From positions 1 through 51,744 of the IMG/VR virus record IMGVR_UViG_3300005805_000119: a DNA stretch of 51,744 nt. One strand, given 5' to 3'. The notes beneath the pieces are model-generated. The model saw nothing but the letters and a program-made list of their open reading frames with translations. It was not told where the DNA came from and searched no databases. This document shows, piece after piece, positions 31,619-38,965 of the stretch (position 1 is the first letter of the stretch; each line of letters starts with the position of its first letter). Made by a program: the position numbers and the translations under genes. The stretch is from a virus. Taxonomy: Duplodnaviria; Caudoviricetes.

Positions 31619-33535
31619 TTATGTTCTTACTAAGTTCCCGTTTGTGTAACTTGAAGTAGTCTTATATGTTATTCCTGAAGTGTCGGCACCAGAGGAAATT
31701 TCGTCAGATAACATATTTAACACACTCTTATTAATATCTAGTTGCAAATATAAATCCTGTAATCCAATGACATCATTTGATTTTGGAAGTGCGGATATTT
31801 CAATTATAGACTCACCTAAAGTTGATTTTGTAGTTGATGTAATCTCCACAGGATTTAAAAGTATTTCTCCTTTTTCATAATTAATGGTTCCCGCAGATCT
31901 TTTAACAATTATTGGTTGTGTTGGTGAACTCAACTTAAAGAAAATGATCTGACCAGTTTTTTGATCAGAATTTGGTATGTCTGAGAGGTATAATGTATCA
32001 GCAACGTTGCGAATTTTAAAACCAGATGATTTAATGTTATATCCATTTTGGTTTTTAATGTGAAAAGCATTTCCAAAACAAATTTCATAATCTGCAAATC
32101 TATTCAAAACGGGTCTTAAGTCCCTTCTCATTTGAACTTTTGTGATATTTGAAGTCACAGATTCATGACTTGTATCAATTATATTTTGAAATTTACTATA
32201 CTTGAATCTTGCACCATATTTGTTCAATTCTGTTGAGTTAGCATAAGATGTTATGTTGTTTGAAATAATAGATTTAACAAAGTCTGCACTTGGAGCAAGA
32301 TTAGTGTTATAGTAAGCAGTAGAATCAATTTCAATATACAAATATTTTAGATCTAATATTTCTGTAACTACACCCGCAACATTGTATTTTCTTAGTTGAT
32401 TTTTAAGATTGTCTTTGATTGAGTTTGGAATAAATGGACCAAAGAATGGTTTTATTACAACGAAAACTTTTCCATATTGTGGTGGATCGAGTTCTTCTCC
32501 CCCAAAAGCAGAAACTGATTGAGTTTCTGGATAAATTTGTGGGATTAATGCCTCATAATCTGCTGCTGTAACTGCTCTATTGTAAGAAGCATAAACTCTA
32601 GGAGCATATTTTTTAATTGAGTCTACTGATTCAATCTCTTTTCCAGATTGAGATGCAATATTTGTGGTAATTAATGAAATAGAGGAAGTTACTAAATTGC
32701 CATTGTTATCTAATAGTCTTCCATTGAAAGTAAAGCTAGAAATACCATTTCCTGCTTCACCACTGGTAGTAATATATGATGCTTCTATGTAATTTAAGTT
32801 TTCTAACTTTTCTCCAAATACTCCATCACCAAAAATAAGTTCATATCTTTGATCTTCAATTTCTTGAATAAAGAAAACCTTAGATGTTGATGTTACTTCA
32901 AATAAACTATTTGATAGAATAAATTTTCTAGATGATGTTGATGATTGGGTATCTCTAACTCTTACTGAAATTGATGAAGTATCGATATTTGCATTTTCAA
33001 GAATGAATCTTTGTGGAGAATTGAGATTTTCTTGAGTTACTGTGAAGTTCGTTGTTAAAAACGTTCCTTGATAAATGTCAATTCCATCAAAGGTAGCAAC
33101 TCCATCAACCACTGGAACGGTAATATCCTCTGGAATTGTAAAAGTATAACTCTCTGTTCCAAATGATGCTGAAGATGTGCAAACTACTCCTTTACTTAGA
33201 GTAAGAGTAACTGGATTTGTAGAAAGTGAAGTAGTATCTACAAAAAATGAAATGTTTGCCTTAGCAGCAGTTCTGGATCTAGGAACATATCCAATATTTC
33301 TTGCTAGTGAAACAACATTCTCTCTTAAAGTCGCACTATCAATGAACACCTCATTGCTAACCATGTTAGCATTATAAGATGAGATGTATGTATTATATGC
33401 TAATACGTCAATAATTGTTGAAAGGTTAGATCCCTCAAAATCATAATCAGTAAAATTTGAATTCGACCTTAGGTAATCTTTGATCGAAGTCTTAATTTGA
33501 TCAAAATCTAAGTTTGTAAAATTTACTAGTGCCAT
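31619..33535 (-). CDS. gp6: Baseplate wedge subunit
   Basis: LDFDQIKTSIKDYLR, FTDYDFEGSNL, FIDSATLRENVVSLARNIGYVP, RAVTAADYE, GGEELDPPQYGKVF. Confidence 0.96.
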   Translation of the reverse strand: MALVNFTNLDFDQIKTSIKDYLRSNSNFTDYDFEGSNLSTIIDVLAYNTYISSYNANMVSNEVFIDSATLRENVVSLARNIGYVPRSRTAAKANISFFVDTTSLSTNPVTLTLSKGVVCTSSASFGTESYTFTIPEDITVPVVDGVATFDGIDIYQGTFLTTNFTVTQENLNSPQRFILENANIDTSSISVRVRDTQSSTSSRKFILSNSLFEVTSTSKVFFIQEIEDQRYELIFGDGVFGEKLENLNYIEASYITTSGEAGNGISSFTFNGRLLDNNGNLVTSSISLITTNIASQSGKEIESVDSIKKYAPRVYASYNRAVTAADYEALIPQIYPETQSVSAFGGEELDPPQYGKVFVVIKPFFGPFIPNSIKDNLKNQLRKYNVAGVVTEILDLKYLYIEIDSTAYYNTNLAPSADFVKSIISNNITSYANSTELNKYGARFKYSKFQNIIDTSHESVTSNITKVQMRRDLRPVLNRFADYEICFGNAFHIKNQNGYNIKSSGFKIRNVADTLYLSDIPNSDQKTGQIIFFKLSSPTQPIIVKRSAGTINYEKGEILLNPVEITSTTKSTLGESIIEISALPKSNDVIGLQDLYLQLDINKSVLNMLSDEISSGADTSGITYKTTSSYTNGNLVRT

Positions 33536-33936
33536 TATCGTGTTGGCTGTAGTGCGAATGATAATTGTTGTGGGAGAACATCAATGCCCACAATATTATA
33601 GTTAATCGTAACGTTGAAGTTATTATTATCATAATCTGGATCAACAACAACGTTGATTAGATCAACTCTCGGTTCATAATTATTGATTGTATTTTCAATT
33701 TCATCTTTGATTGTAGATGCAGAAATATCATCAATGTTCTCGAATAGGGCTCGACCTATATTTGATCCTAAATTTTGATTAAAAAATCTTTCTCCAGGAT
33801 AAGTAAGCACCAGATTTCTAATAGAACGGGCAATAGCAGTCTCATTTTTAAGCGCAATCAAGTCATAATTGATTGGATTGACTTGAAATGACATGCTTAG
33901 GTCTTTAAAACCCTTACTTACCCGTTCTACAGGCAT
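33535..33936 (-). CDS. gp25: Baseplate wedge subunit
   Basis: AIARSIRNLVLTYPGERFF...NYEPRV; upstream of gp6. Confidence 0.95.
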   Translation of the reverse strand: MPVERVSKGFKDLSMSFQVNPINYDLIALKNETAIARSIRNLVLTYPGERFFNQNLGSNIGRALFENIDDISASTIKDEIENTINNYEPRVDLINVVVDPDYDNNNFNVTINYNIVGIDVLPQQLSFALQPTR

Positions 33937-33956
33937 AAAAATGAATAAATCTAACT

Positions 33957-33963
33957 TATTTAT
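33957..33963 (-). promoter_or_regulatory. T4-type late promoter ATAAATA
   Basis: About 20 bp upstream of gp25, at the start of the wedge operon. Confidence 0.7.
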
Positions 33964-34217
33964 TCGGGTTTTTTGAACTCATAAAGGGGTTCAGTCCCAT
34001 ATTCCCAATCATCATAGTCTTCATCATTACGAATTCTCTCATGAAGTTCGTTTTGATGAAAGAAATCATGTTTTTTTGGTGTTAAGTCATCATTTGAAAT
34101 CTCACGAAGCATTTTTTGCTGTGTGATTTTTTCTTCCCAACCATATTCACTTGCCAAATACTGTGTTCCCCACTCATTTTTCATGAAATTTTCGTCTTTA
34201 TCGACTTTTTTGGTCAT
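33960..34217 (-). CDS. Hypothetical acidic 85-aa protein
   Basis: ORF with AGGAG RBS; C-terminal DEDYDDWEYGTEP. Confidence 0.8.
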   Translation of the reverse strand: MTKKVDKDENFMKNEWGTQYLASEYGWEEKITQQKMLREISNDDLTPKKHDFFHQNELHERIRNDEDYDDWEYGTEPLYEFKKPE

Positions 34218-34869
34218 TGTTTTGCTCCTGATTTGTTAAATCAGAACTTTTTACGGGGTTGCTATCCCGTGAATCAACAAAAAAACCTCTTCTTAGGTAC
34301 TCTTTATCTTCTATAAAAGTAAAATTATCAACTTTTTGAGGTCTATCACCTTTCCAGACTGGAATTGCAACACTATTTCCATATCTAAAGTCAGGATTTC
34401 TCCTAAAATGCACCTCTATAAGCTTATCTCCAATAAATTCACAATTTATCCACTCATAGTCACCCTTTAAATTCTTAAGAATCTCAGGAAATTCAACTTT
34501 TTTATCTATTTTAGTCCATTTCCTCCACTTATAAAGAGATTCATCATCGTCTCTTTCACCTAAAACAACTAATTCTGATTCTTGATTGTGAAAGTCAACA
34601 CTAAGATGTGGTCCCTCAAAGATCTCACACCAAAATTCTGCTGGATGAAAATGTTCTGTGTTCTTATCAATCCACTCTATACGAGAAAATCGTCCCATAC
34701 CAAGTAAATTAATGCTTGGTCGGACGATATAATACCCTGGATATGGAACAGGCACCCCTGTAGGTCCACAGAGATGCCTTAGATGATGATTTAAGAATAG
34801 TTTGTTATAAACCCATAGATCATCTGAATGAATACAATTCCATTCATCATAGCAATCAAGATGATACAT
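34198..34869 (-). CDS. ATP-grasp-like protein
   Basis: Motif order YIVRPSINLLGMG / FWCEIFEGPHLSVD / WINCEFIGDKLIEVHFR matches the ATP-grasp KP..G.G / E...G.e.svd / n.eF....iEvN.R pattern. TTAAATA late-like promoter at 34891-34897. Confidence 0.6.
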   Translation of the reverse strand: MYHLDCYDEWNCIHSDDLWVYNKLFLNHHLRHLCGPTGVPVPYPGYYIVRPSINLLGMGRFSRIEWIDKNTEHFHPAEFWCEIFEGPHLSVDFHNQESELVVLGERDDDESLYKWRKWTKIDKKVEFPEILKNLKGDYEWINCEFIGDKLIEVHFRRNPDFRYGNSVAIPVWKGDRPQKVDNFTFIEDKEYLRRGFFVDSRDSNPVKSSDLTNQEQNNDQKSR

Positions 34870-34893
34870 GAGTCATGAACTAACTAAAACTAT

Positions 34894-35028
34894 TTAACCT
34901 TTACCTTGTCCACGATAACGTTTCTTTTTACCATTACGAGACGTTGCACTCAGTAATGTACGAGCAGAACGACCTTGACGTGTTTTCTTTGGAGCTCCAG
35001 GTTGAAAAACAGTTCCCTTAAGTGCCAT
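34894..35028 (-). CDS. 44-aa highly basic peptide
   Basis: Manual translation MALKGTVFQPGAPKKTRQGRSARTLLSATSRNGKKKRYRGQGKG; GGAGG RBS and TAATG coupling. Confidence 0.8.
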   Translation of the reverse strand: MALKGTVFQPGAPKKTRQGRSARTLLSATSRNGKKKRYRGQGKG

Positions 35029-35177
35029 TAGATTTCCTCCAGTTCAATTAAATTTGGATCAATTGGTTCTCCCGAGAAAAAAGATTCTGAGAGATCTTGA
35101 AGGACCTCAGCACATTCTTCATGAGTAAGGTCCTTATAAATTTTACGTCCTTTATAAAGTACGTTGTATTTTGTCAT
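35028..35177 (-). CDS. Hypothetical 49-aa protein
   Basis: Manual translation MTKYNVLYKGRKIYKDLTHEECAEVLQDLSESFFSGEPIDPNLIELEEI; coupled at both ends. Confidence 0.8.
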   Translation of the reverse strand: MTKYNVLYKGRKIYKDLTHEECAEVLQDLSESFFSGEPIDPNLIELEEI

Positions 35178-35944
35178 CAGATAATACGAGTTTTTTCATG
35201 TCCCACTCTGATACGAGGATCGCACCAGATCTTATAGCCTTTATCAATAGCATCAAGACAGAATGAAACATCTTCACCACACATATCTTGAACAGCACCA
35301 GACTCAAAGACTTGCATCTTTGGAGCAAACCAAGGATACTCAAGATTCTCAAAGACACCCTTCTTAATGAGAACCCAACCAAAACCAGTGTAATCAACTG
35401 TGAATGGTTTGCGACGTTTTGAGATACCCTCCACATTTTCGTGATTCATTACACCACCATTCTTACGGAAGTCATCTTCCTCTAACCAGTGAGCAACTGA
35501 AGTCGTGTGCCCATCTTCTGTGGCATACCATCCAGCAACAATTTCACGTTCCTCCTCTTCGGCAGGCAGAGCAAGATCACAGAGTTGCCAGAACTTTTCT
35601 GTGTTAAACACAATGTCATTATCAATCCAAAGTTGATAATCATACTGTAGTTTACCATCCCAAGGAATTTGCTTAGGACCACGAAGAACATTGGCACCCA
35701 AAACTTTACAACGTGCAAAGTTAACCATGGATGAGTAATCTTGAGAGATCTGAATACTCATTCCATTCTGTACTAGATCAAAACAAAGTTGTACAAAGTT
35801 CTTCAAGAAAATATATGAACAACCTCTTCCAGGAAGACAGAATACAATCGTCTTACCTCTCATTCGTTCTTTAATTGCATCATAGTCCCAATCTTCAACT
35901 TGGGGTTTTGGTGCTGCAGCTTTTACAGTAAATCCTTTAGCCAT
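35177..35944 (-). CDS. GT-A fold (family 2-like) glycosyltransferase
   Basis: VNFARC, YDYQLWIDNDIVF (DxD), VDYTGFGWVLIKKGVFE, GEDVSFC, GYKIWCDPRIRVGH. ATG 35944 preferred over TTG 35953. Confidence 0.8.
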   Translation of the reverse strand: MAKGFTVKAAAPKPQVEDWDYDAIKERMRGKTIVFCLPGRGCSYIFLKNFVQLCFDLVQNGMSIQISQDYSSMVNFARCKVLGANVLRGPKQIPWDGKLQYDYQLWIDNDIVFNTEKFWQLCDLALPAEEEEREIVAGWYATEDGHTTSVAHWLEEDDFRKNGGVMNHENVEGISKRRKPFTVDYTGFGWVLIKKGVFENLEYPWFAPKMQVFESGAVQDMCGEDVSFCLDAIDKGYKIWCDPRIRVGHEKTRII

Positions 35945-35967
35945 AACTTCCAATGATTTTCAGATCA

Positions 35968-35996
35968 ATTTTAACAGTCTATGTATACTTTGTCAA
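35968..35996 (-). promoter_or_regulatory. Sigma70-type promoter
   Basis: TTGACA-17-TAAAAT with extended -10 TG, upstream of the glycosyltransferase. Confidence 0.8.
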
Positions 35997-36184
35997 TGCG
36001 ACGAATTTAACACAACATCTTTATTGATGATCAATTCCTCATATGACAAATCCTCTATAGTATAATCAGTTTTCATAATTCCAACCATATTGTTCAGAGC
36101 ATTCCAAGTAGTGCTAAATTCCTCTTCCTTTATCGAATGGAATATACACTTGTCCTTTGCGTAGATATGATAAACCTTTTCCAT
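35993..36184 (-). CDS. Hypothetical 63-aa protein
   Basis: ORF track; GGAG upstream. Confidence 0.75.
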   Translation of the reverse strand: MEKVYHIYAKDKCIFHSIKEEEFSTTWNALNNMVGIMKTDYTIEDLSYEELIINKDVVLNSSH

Positions 36185-36219
36185 ATGAAAAATATCTCCG
36201 GAATTTTTTGTAGTAAAAC

Positions 36220-36360
36220 TTAATTCACTATTGCATTATATATCAAGACAAATAAAAATCCAATGGTGCCTCCGAAGATCGTAAAGCACTGCCTTGGATA
36301 TCTTATTAACCATCCTGCAAAGACAACTTTCCAGAAATTCCAATATGGTCCTTTTTTCAT
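36220..36360 (-). CDS. Small membrane protein (46 aa)
   Basis: MKKGPYWNFWKVVFAGWLIRYPRQCFTIFGGTIGFLFVLIYNAIVN; ATG 36360 preferred over the track start at 36408. Confidence 0.7.
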   Translation of the reverse strand: MKKGPYWNFWKVVFAGWLIRYPRQCFTIFGGTIGFLFVLIYNAIVN

Positions 36361-36512
36361 CTTCCGGAAATTTTTTATGAGTGTGATATATCGAGGTCGA
36401 TCTGTCACCTCTGTAGGTTAGGAAGGACCCAATTTTTATAATCAGGGGGGCATCGTTACGCCGACCGCAAGGCATCACAAACCCCCGTAAATCACTGCCG
36501 TTTCACGCATAC
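36361..36512 (-). ncRNA. Candidate structured RNA or long leader
   Basis: GC-rich non-coding stretch downstream of a promoter, with nested stems GGGGG/CCCCC, ATGCC/GGCGT and GAGGT/ACCTC. Confidence 0.35.
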
Positions 36513-36516
36513 GAAT

Positions 36517-36556
36517 ATCCTAACACATAAGGGGGCAAAGTGTCAACAATGCCCCC
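36517..36556 (-). promoter_or_regulatory. Sigma70 promoter with the -35 box inside a hairpin
   Basis: TTGACA-18-TAGGAT with extended TG; the GGGGGCA/TGCCCCC stem (36531-36556) encloses the -35. Confidence 0.65.
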
Positions 36557-36563
36557 ACGATTA

Positions 36564-36716
36564 TCAGAACTCGATTACATCGGAGGTGGCAAATACTTCG
36601 GCACAACTGTTAATCCCCTCCTGCTCAATATCACTCACGATAACATCCAGGATCGACAGAATATCGGTGCCAGTGTTACCTTGACGGAGAAGAGAAAGTG
36701 CAATCGAACGAGTCAT
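36564..36716 (-). CDS. Hypothetical 50-aa protein
   Basis: Manual translation MTRSIALSLLRQGNTGTDILSILDVIVSDIEQEGINSCAEVFATSDVIEF. Confidence 0.7.
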   Translation of the reverse strand: MTRSIALSLLRQGNTGTDILSILDVIVSDIEQEGINSCAEVFATSDVIEF

Positions 36717-36782
36717 AATCACAAAGAAAAGTGTAGTGAACTGTTGGTGGGTAGTTTATAGTCATGCCCCCAGGACTTGAGA

Positions 36783-36947
36783 TCAGAAAGGGTTAGTCCA
36801 GGTTTCGTATTGCTTGGTGCTGATCTTACGATTCTTGCACAGATAATCAGTAAAGTTATTCCAATTCTCACGGGTGTAGATTACATCACCACGCACAACA
36901 CCGTGATGAACATTGCGGAAGATGTGGAGTGCTTGTTGTTTAGTCAT
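36783..36947 (-). CDS. Hypothetical early protein (54 aa)
   Basis: MTKQQALHIFR...WNNFTDYLCKNRKISTKQYETWTNPF; ATG lies downstream of a palindrome promoter. Confidence 0.75.
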   Translation of the reverse strand: MTKQQALHIFRNVHHGVVRGDVIYTRENWNNFTDYLCKNRKISTKQYETWTNPF

Positions 36948-36993
36948 TGGAGTGAAGATTGTGTGGGGTTTGTTTCCTCCCCCCGTTGATACC

Positions 36994-37051
36994 AATATAA
37001 GGCATTTGGGGGGCAGTGCTCTTTTATTGTGCCACTAATACTTTTGGCACA
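36994..37051 (-). promoter_or_regulatory. Palindrome-linked early promoter, copy 1
   Basis: TGTGCCA-N10-TGGCACA (37028-37051), 28-bp gap, -10 TATATT. Confidence 0.8.
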
Positions 37052-37063
37052 AGGTATAAAGAA

Positions 37064-37378
37064 TCACCAGAGAATCATGCCAGAAGTGAACTTAACTGTG
37101 CCACTGTTGGTTGACACAAACCACTCACCTTTCTTCTGGAAAACATGATCATCAGCACCGTGAGCAAAGAGTAAAGAATTGAGACGTGATTTGGTGGTTG
37201 CTGTTCTCCAACCCCCATCAAATAACTGAATGAAACCTTCACCAACGGTTGCAATATGGTTGCCGTGAAGAAACACTCTAGAGTTATTTGACAGATCTGT
37301 TTTAACCTCAGTGTTGCCTGATTTCCAGTTCAGTGCTTCAGTCACTGCCTCATTCATCAGGGTTTCGATCTTACGCAT
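37064..37378 (-). CDS. Hypothetical early protein (104 aa)
   Basis: VFLHGNHIA, DGGWRTATTKSRLN motifs; has its own promoter. Confidence 0.85.
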   Translation of the reverse strand: MRKIETLMNEAVTEALNWKSGNTEVKTDLSNNSRVFLHGNHIATVGEGFIQLFDGGWRTATTKSRLNSLLFAHGADDHVFQKKGEWFVSTNSGTVKFTSGMILW

Positions 37379-37403
37379 TGGTGTGATTGATCTCGACTCT
37401 TTT

Positions 37404-37461
37404 AATATACACGAATCAGATCCCTGTGCTCTTTTATTGTGCCACTAATACTTTTGGCACA
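37404..37461 (-). promoter_or_regulatory. Palindrome-linked early promoter, copy 2
   Basis: Palindrome 37438-37461 identical to copy 1; 28-bp gap; TATATT. Confidence 0.82.
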
Positions 37462-37477
37462 TATTCTTTACACAAAC

Positions 37478-37651
37478 TCACCAACGATCAGGTGTACTTA
37501 AGTCTTCAACGTAAGCATCACAATGTTCTGCAGGTTCCAACTTGAATAGTTTTTCCCAGTCAATCTGATGTGGATCAAAGTCAGGAAATGCTTGAACATC
37601 TAGAGTAATGCGATAACGAACCTTCTGTGCTGATTGATACGCAACTGACAT
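37478..37651 (-). CDS. Hypothetical 57-aa protein
   Basis: Manual translation MSVAYQSAQKVRYRITLDVQAFPDFDPHQIDWEKLFKLEPAEHCDAYVEDLSTPDRW; AGGAG RBS. Confidence 0.8.
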   Translation of the reverse strand: MSVAYQSAQKVRYRITLDVQAFPDFDPHQIDWEKLFKLEPAEHCDAYVEDLSTPDRW

Positions 37652-37678
37652 AAGTGTGCTCCTGATGTGTATGGAAAT

Positions 37679-37707
37679 ACTCTAAGATGGACTGATGTTT
37701 ATGTCAA
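37679..37707 (-). promoter_or_regulatory. Sigma70 promoter (leftward)
   Basis: TTGACA-17-TAGAGT; a late-type ATAAATA lies just upstream at about 37719-37725. Confidence 0.75.
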
Positions 37708-37781
37708 TGGGTTGGGTGTATTTATCATGAGTGCTGATGTTTTTTGTGAGATGTGTGGGGGTTTTCTGATACTCGGGGTGC

Positions 37782-37810
37782 TTGACATTTTGTGCAGAGT
37801 GTGATAGAGT
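37782..37810 (+). promoter_or_regulatory. Sigma70 promoter (rightward, antisense to the genes)
   Basis: TTGACA-17-TAGAGT with extended TG, pointing into the 34-bp repeat array. Confidence 0.7.
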
Positions 37811-37824
37811 GCGGGGTAAGATCA

Positions 37825-37960
37825 CAAGACCTGGAGACATTTAATTGACCATAAGTTTCAAGCACCTGAGCACATTTAAAAGACTATAAATGCAAGACCT
37901 GAGCACATTTAATTGACCATAAGTTTCAAGGTCTAGACACATTTAAGAGCACATAATCTC
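37825..37960. repeat. Four tandem 34-bp imperfect direct repeats
   Basis: Units start at 37825, 37859, 37893 and 37927, all with CAAG and a central ACATTTAA; units 1 and 3 are nearly identical. Confidence 0.9.
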
Positions 37961-37974
37961 CAGACAATTATCAG

Positions 37975-38064
37975 CAATACAAAACATTCATTTATATTAA
38001 ATAATACATTTTTAATTGATTTTAATACATTTTTAATAGAAATTAGGCATAAAAAGCAATAAAA
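37975..38064. other. Very AT-rich non-coding tract (candidate DNA unwinding element)
   Basis: About 90 bp of mostly A/T with TAATACATTTTTAAT twice, immediately after the repeats. Confidence 0.55.
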
Positions 38065-38202
38065 TCACACATAAACATCATCACCTTCTACATCACAAAA
38101 CTCCATCAAATAGTAATCAATACTAACACCTAACTGTTGTGCTTCAGTATAATGTTCTTGATACTGTTCACCATCAAGAATAAAGAAATCAGTTTCGATC
38201 AT
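38065..38202 (-). CDS. Acidic 45-aa protein
   Basis: Manual translation MIETDFFILDGEQYQEHYTEAQQLGVSIDYYLMEFCDVEGDDVYV; ATGA coupling. Confidence 0.7.
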   Translation of the reverse strand: MIETDFFILDGEQYQEHYTEAQQLGVSIDYYLMEFCDVEGDDVYV

Positions 38203-38387
38203 TGTAGAATGTGACGATAATCAATGGACTTAATACACCAACCAGTTGCACATGTAATCTCTTCGATTAGATCTTCTTCATCATCTGCCTCCCATATTTG
38301 TTCATAAACTTCCTCATAAATCTCATCTTGTTCCTTCTCATCAATGTCGTCAAAATCAAACTCAATGTCTAGAACTTGGAATTGCAT
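38199..38387 (-). CDS. Very acidic 62-aa protein
   Basis: MQFQVLDIEFDFDD...WEADDEEDLIEEITCATGWCIKSIDY; ATG 38387 preferred. Confidence 0.8.
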   Translation of the reverse strand: MQFQVLDIEFDFDDIDEKEQDEIYEEVYEQIWEADDEEDLIEEITCATGWCIKSIDYRHILQ

Positions 38388-38395
38388 TGTTTCAG

Positions 38396-38524
38396 TCAGA
38401 TAAGGTGAGCAGGTGAACCACAAGAACGATAGAAATCTACCATTCGTTTTGCTTCATCAAGAGTAGAGAATGTTTGCGTTCTCCACTGTTGCTGATACGG
38501 TGTGAGATACTTAATCGTGAACAT
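38396..38524 (-). CDS. Hypothetical 42-aa protein
   Basis: Manual translation MFTIKYLTPYQQQWRTQTFSTLDEAKRMVDFYRSCGSPAHLI. Confidence 0.72.
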   Translation of the reverse strand: MFTIKYLTPYQQQWRTQTFSTLDEAKRMVDFYRSCGSPAHLI

Positions 38525-38574
38525 TTCAGTGGTGAAAGTAAAGACGGACAATCAGTGAAGAAAAGAGAATCAAA

Positions 38575-38733
38575 TCAAGCATCAATCTCCTCAAGAAATA
38601 CTTTCTCAACTGCCAACCATTGAGATTCACTTAAGGACGGATCTTGTGACAAAACAAAGTCACGAACCATCTCCCAATCAGCATCCATCTCAAGAATAAA
38701 CTGTGGGAGAGATTGAAGAATGTGGTCGATCAT
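38575..38733 (-). CDS. Hypothetical 52-aa protein
   Basis: Manual translation MIDHILQSLPQFILEMDADWEMVRDFV...EEIDA; first gene after promoter copy 3. Confidence 0.7.
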   Translation of the reverse strand: MIDHILQSLPQFILEMDADWEMVRDFVLSQDPSLSESQWLAVEKVFLEEIDA

Positions 38734-38758
38734 TGGGTGCGATTCCTTTGACTCTTTA

Positions 38759-38816
38759 AGAATACACGATTCCGAACTCTGTGCTCTTTTATTGTGCCAC
38801 TAATACTTTTGGCACA
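38759..38816 (-). promoter_or_regulatory. Palindrome-linked early promoter, copy 3
   Basis: Palindrome 38793-38816 identical to copies 1-2; 28-bp gap; TATTCT. Confidence 0.82.
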
Positions 38817-38825
38817 TCGTTATAC

Positions 38826-38963
38826 TTACATCAGGTATTCTTCCCAAGAGAAAGGCCAGAGAACAGGATTGTCAAGGAAAAACTCATCATCTGCATCCAC
38901 GAGTTCTGAATACTTTTCCCGACACATTTGTACGATTTCCTCATCAGATGGAAACTTCTTCAT
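38826..38963 (-). CDS. Acidic 45-aa protein
   Basis: Manual translation MKKFPSDEEIVQMCREKYSELVDADDEFFLDNPVLWPFSWEEYLM. Confidence 0.7.
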   Translation of the reverse strand: MKKFPSDEEIVQMCREKYSELVDADDEFFLDNPVLWPFSWEEYLM

Positions 38964-38965
38964 GA

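Noticed and set aside
1-33936. Introns, inteins or DGR target repeats in the structural genes
   Set aside because: Frames are continuous, I saw no intein ends or homing-endonuclease motifs, and no reverse transcriptase or adenine-mismatched repeat pair was seen by eye.
36236-36478. 80-aa minus ORF across the structured non-coding segment
   Set aside because: No RBS, overlaps the better 46-aa membrane ORF in another frame, and has no recognisable features.
37825-37960. CRISPR mini-array
   Set aside because: The units abut with no unique spacers, are not palindromic, and no cas genes are in the window.
37016-38816. Dispersed identical 36-bp repeats as CRISPR repeats or IS ends
   Set aside because: They are separated by hundreds of bp of intact genes, tied to -10 boxes, and there is no transposase or target duplication.
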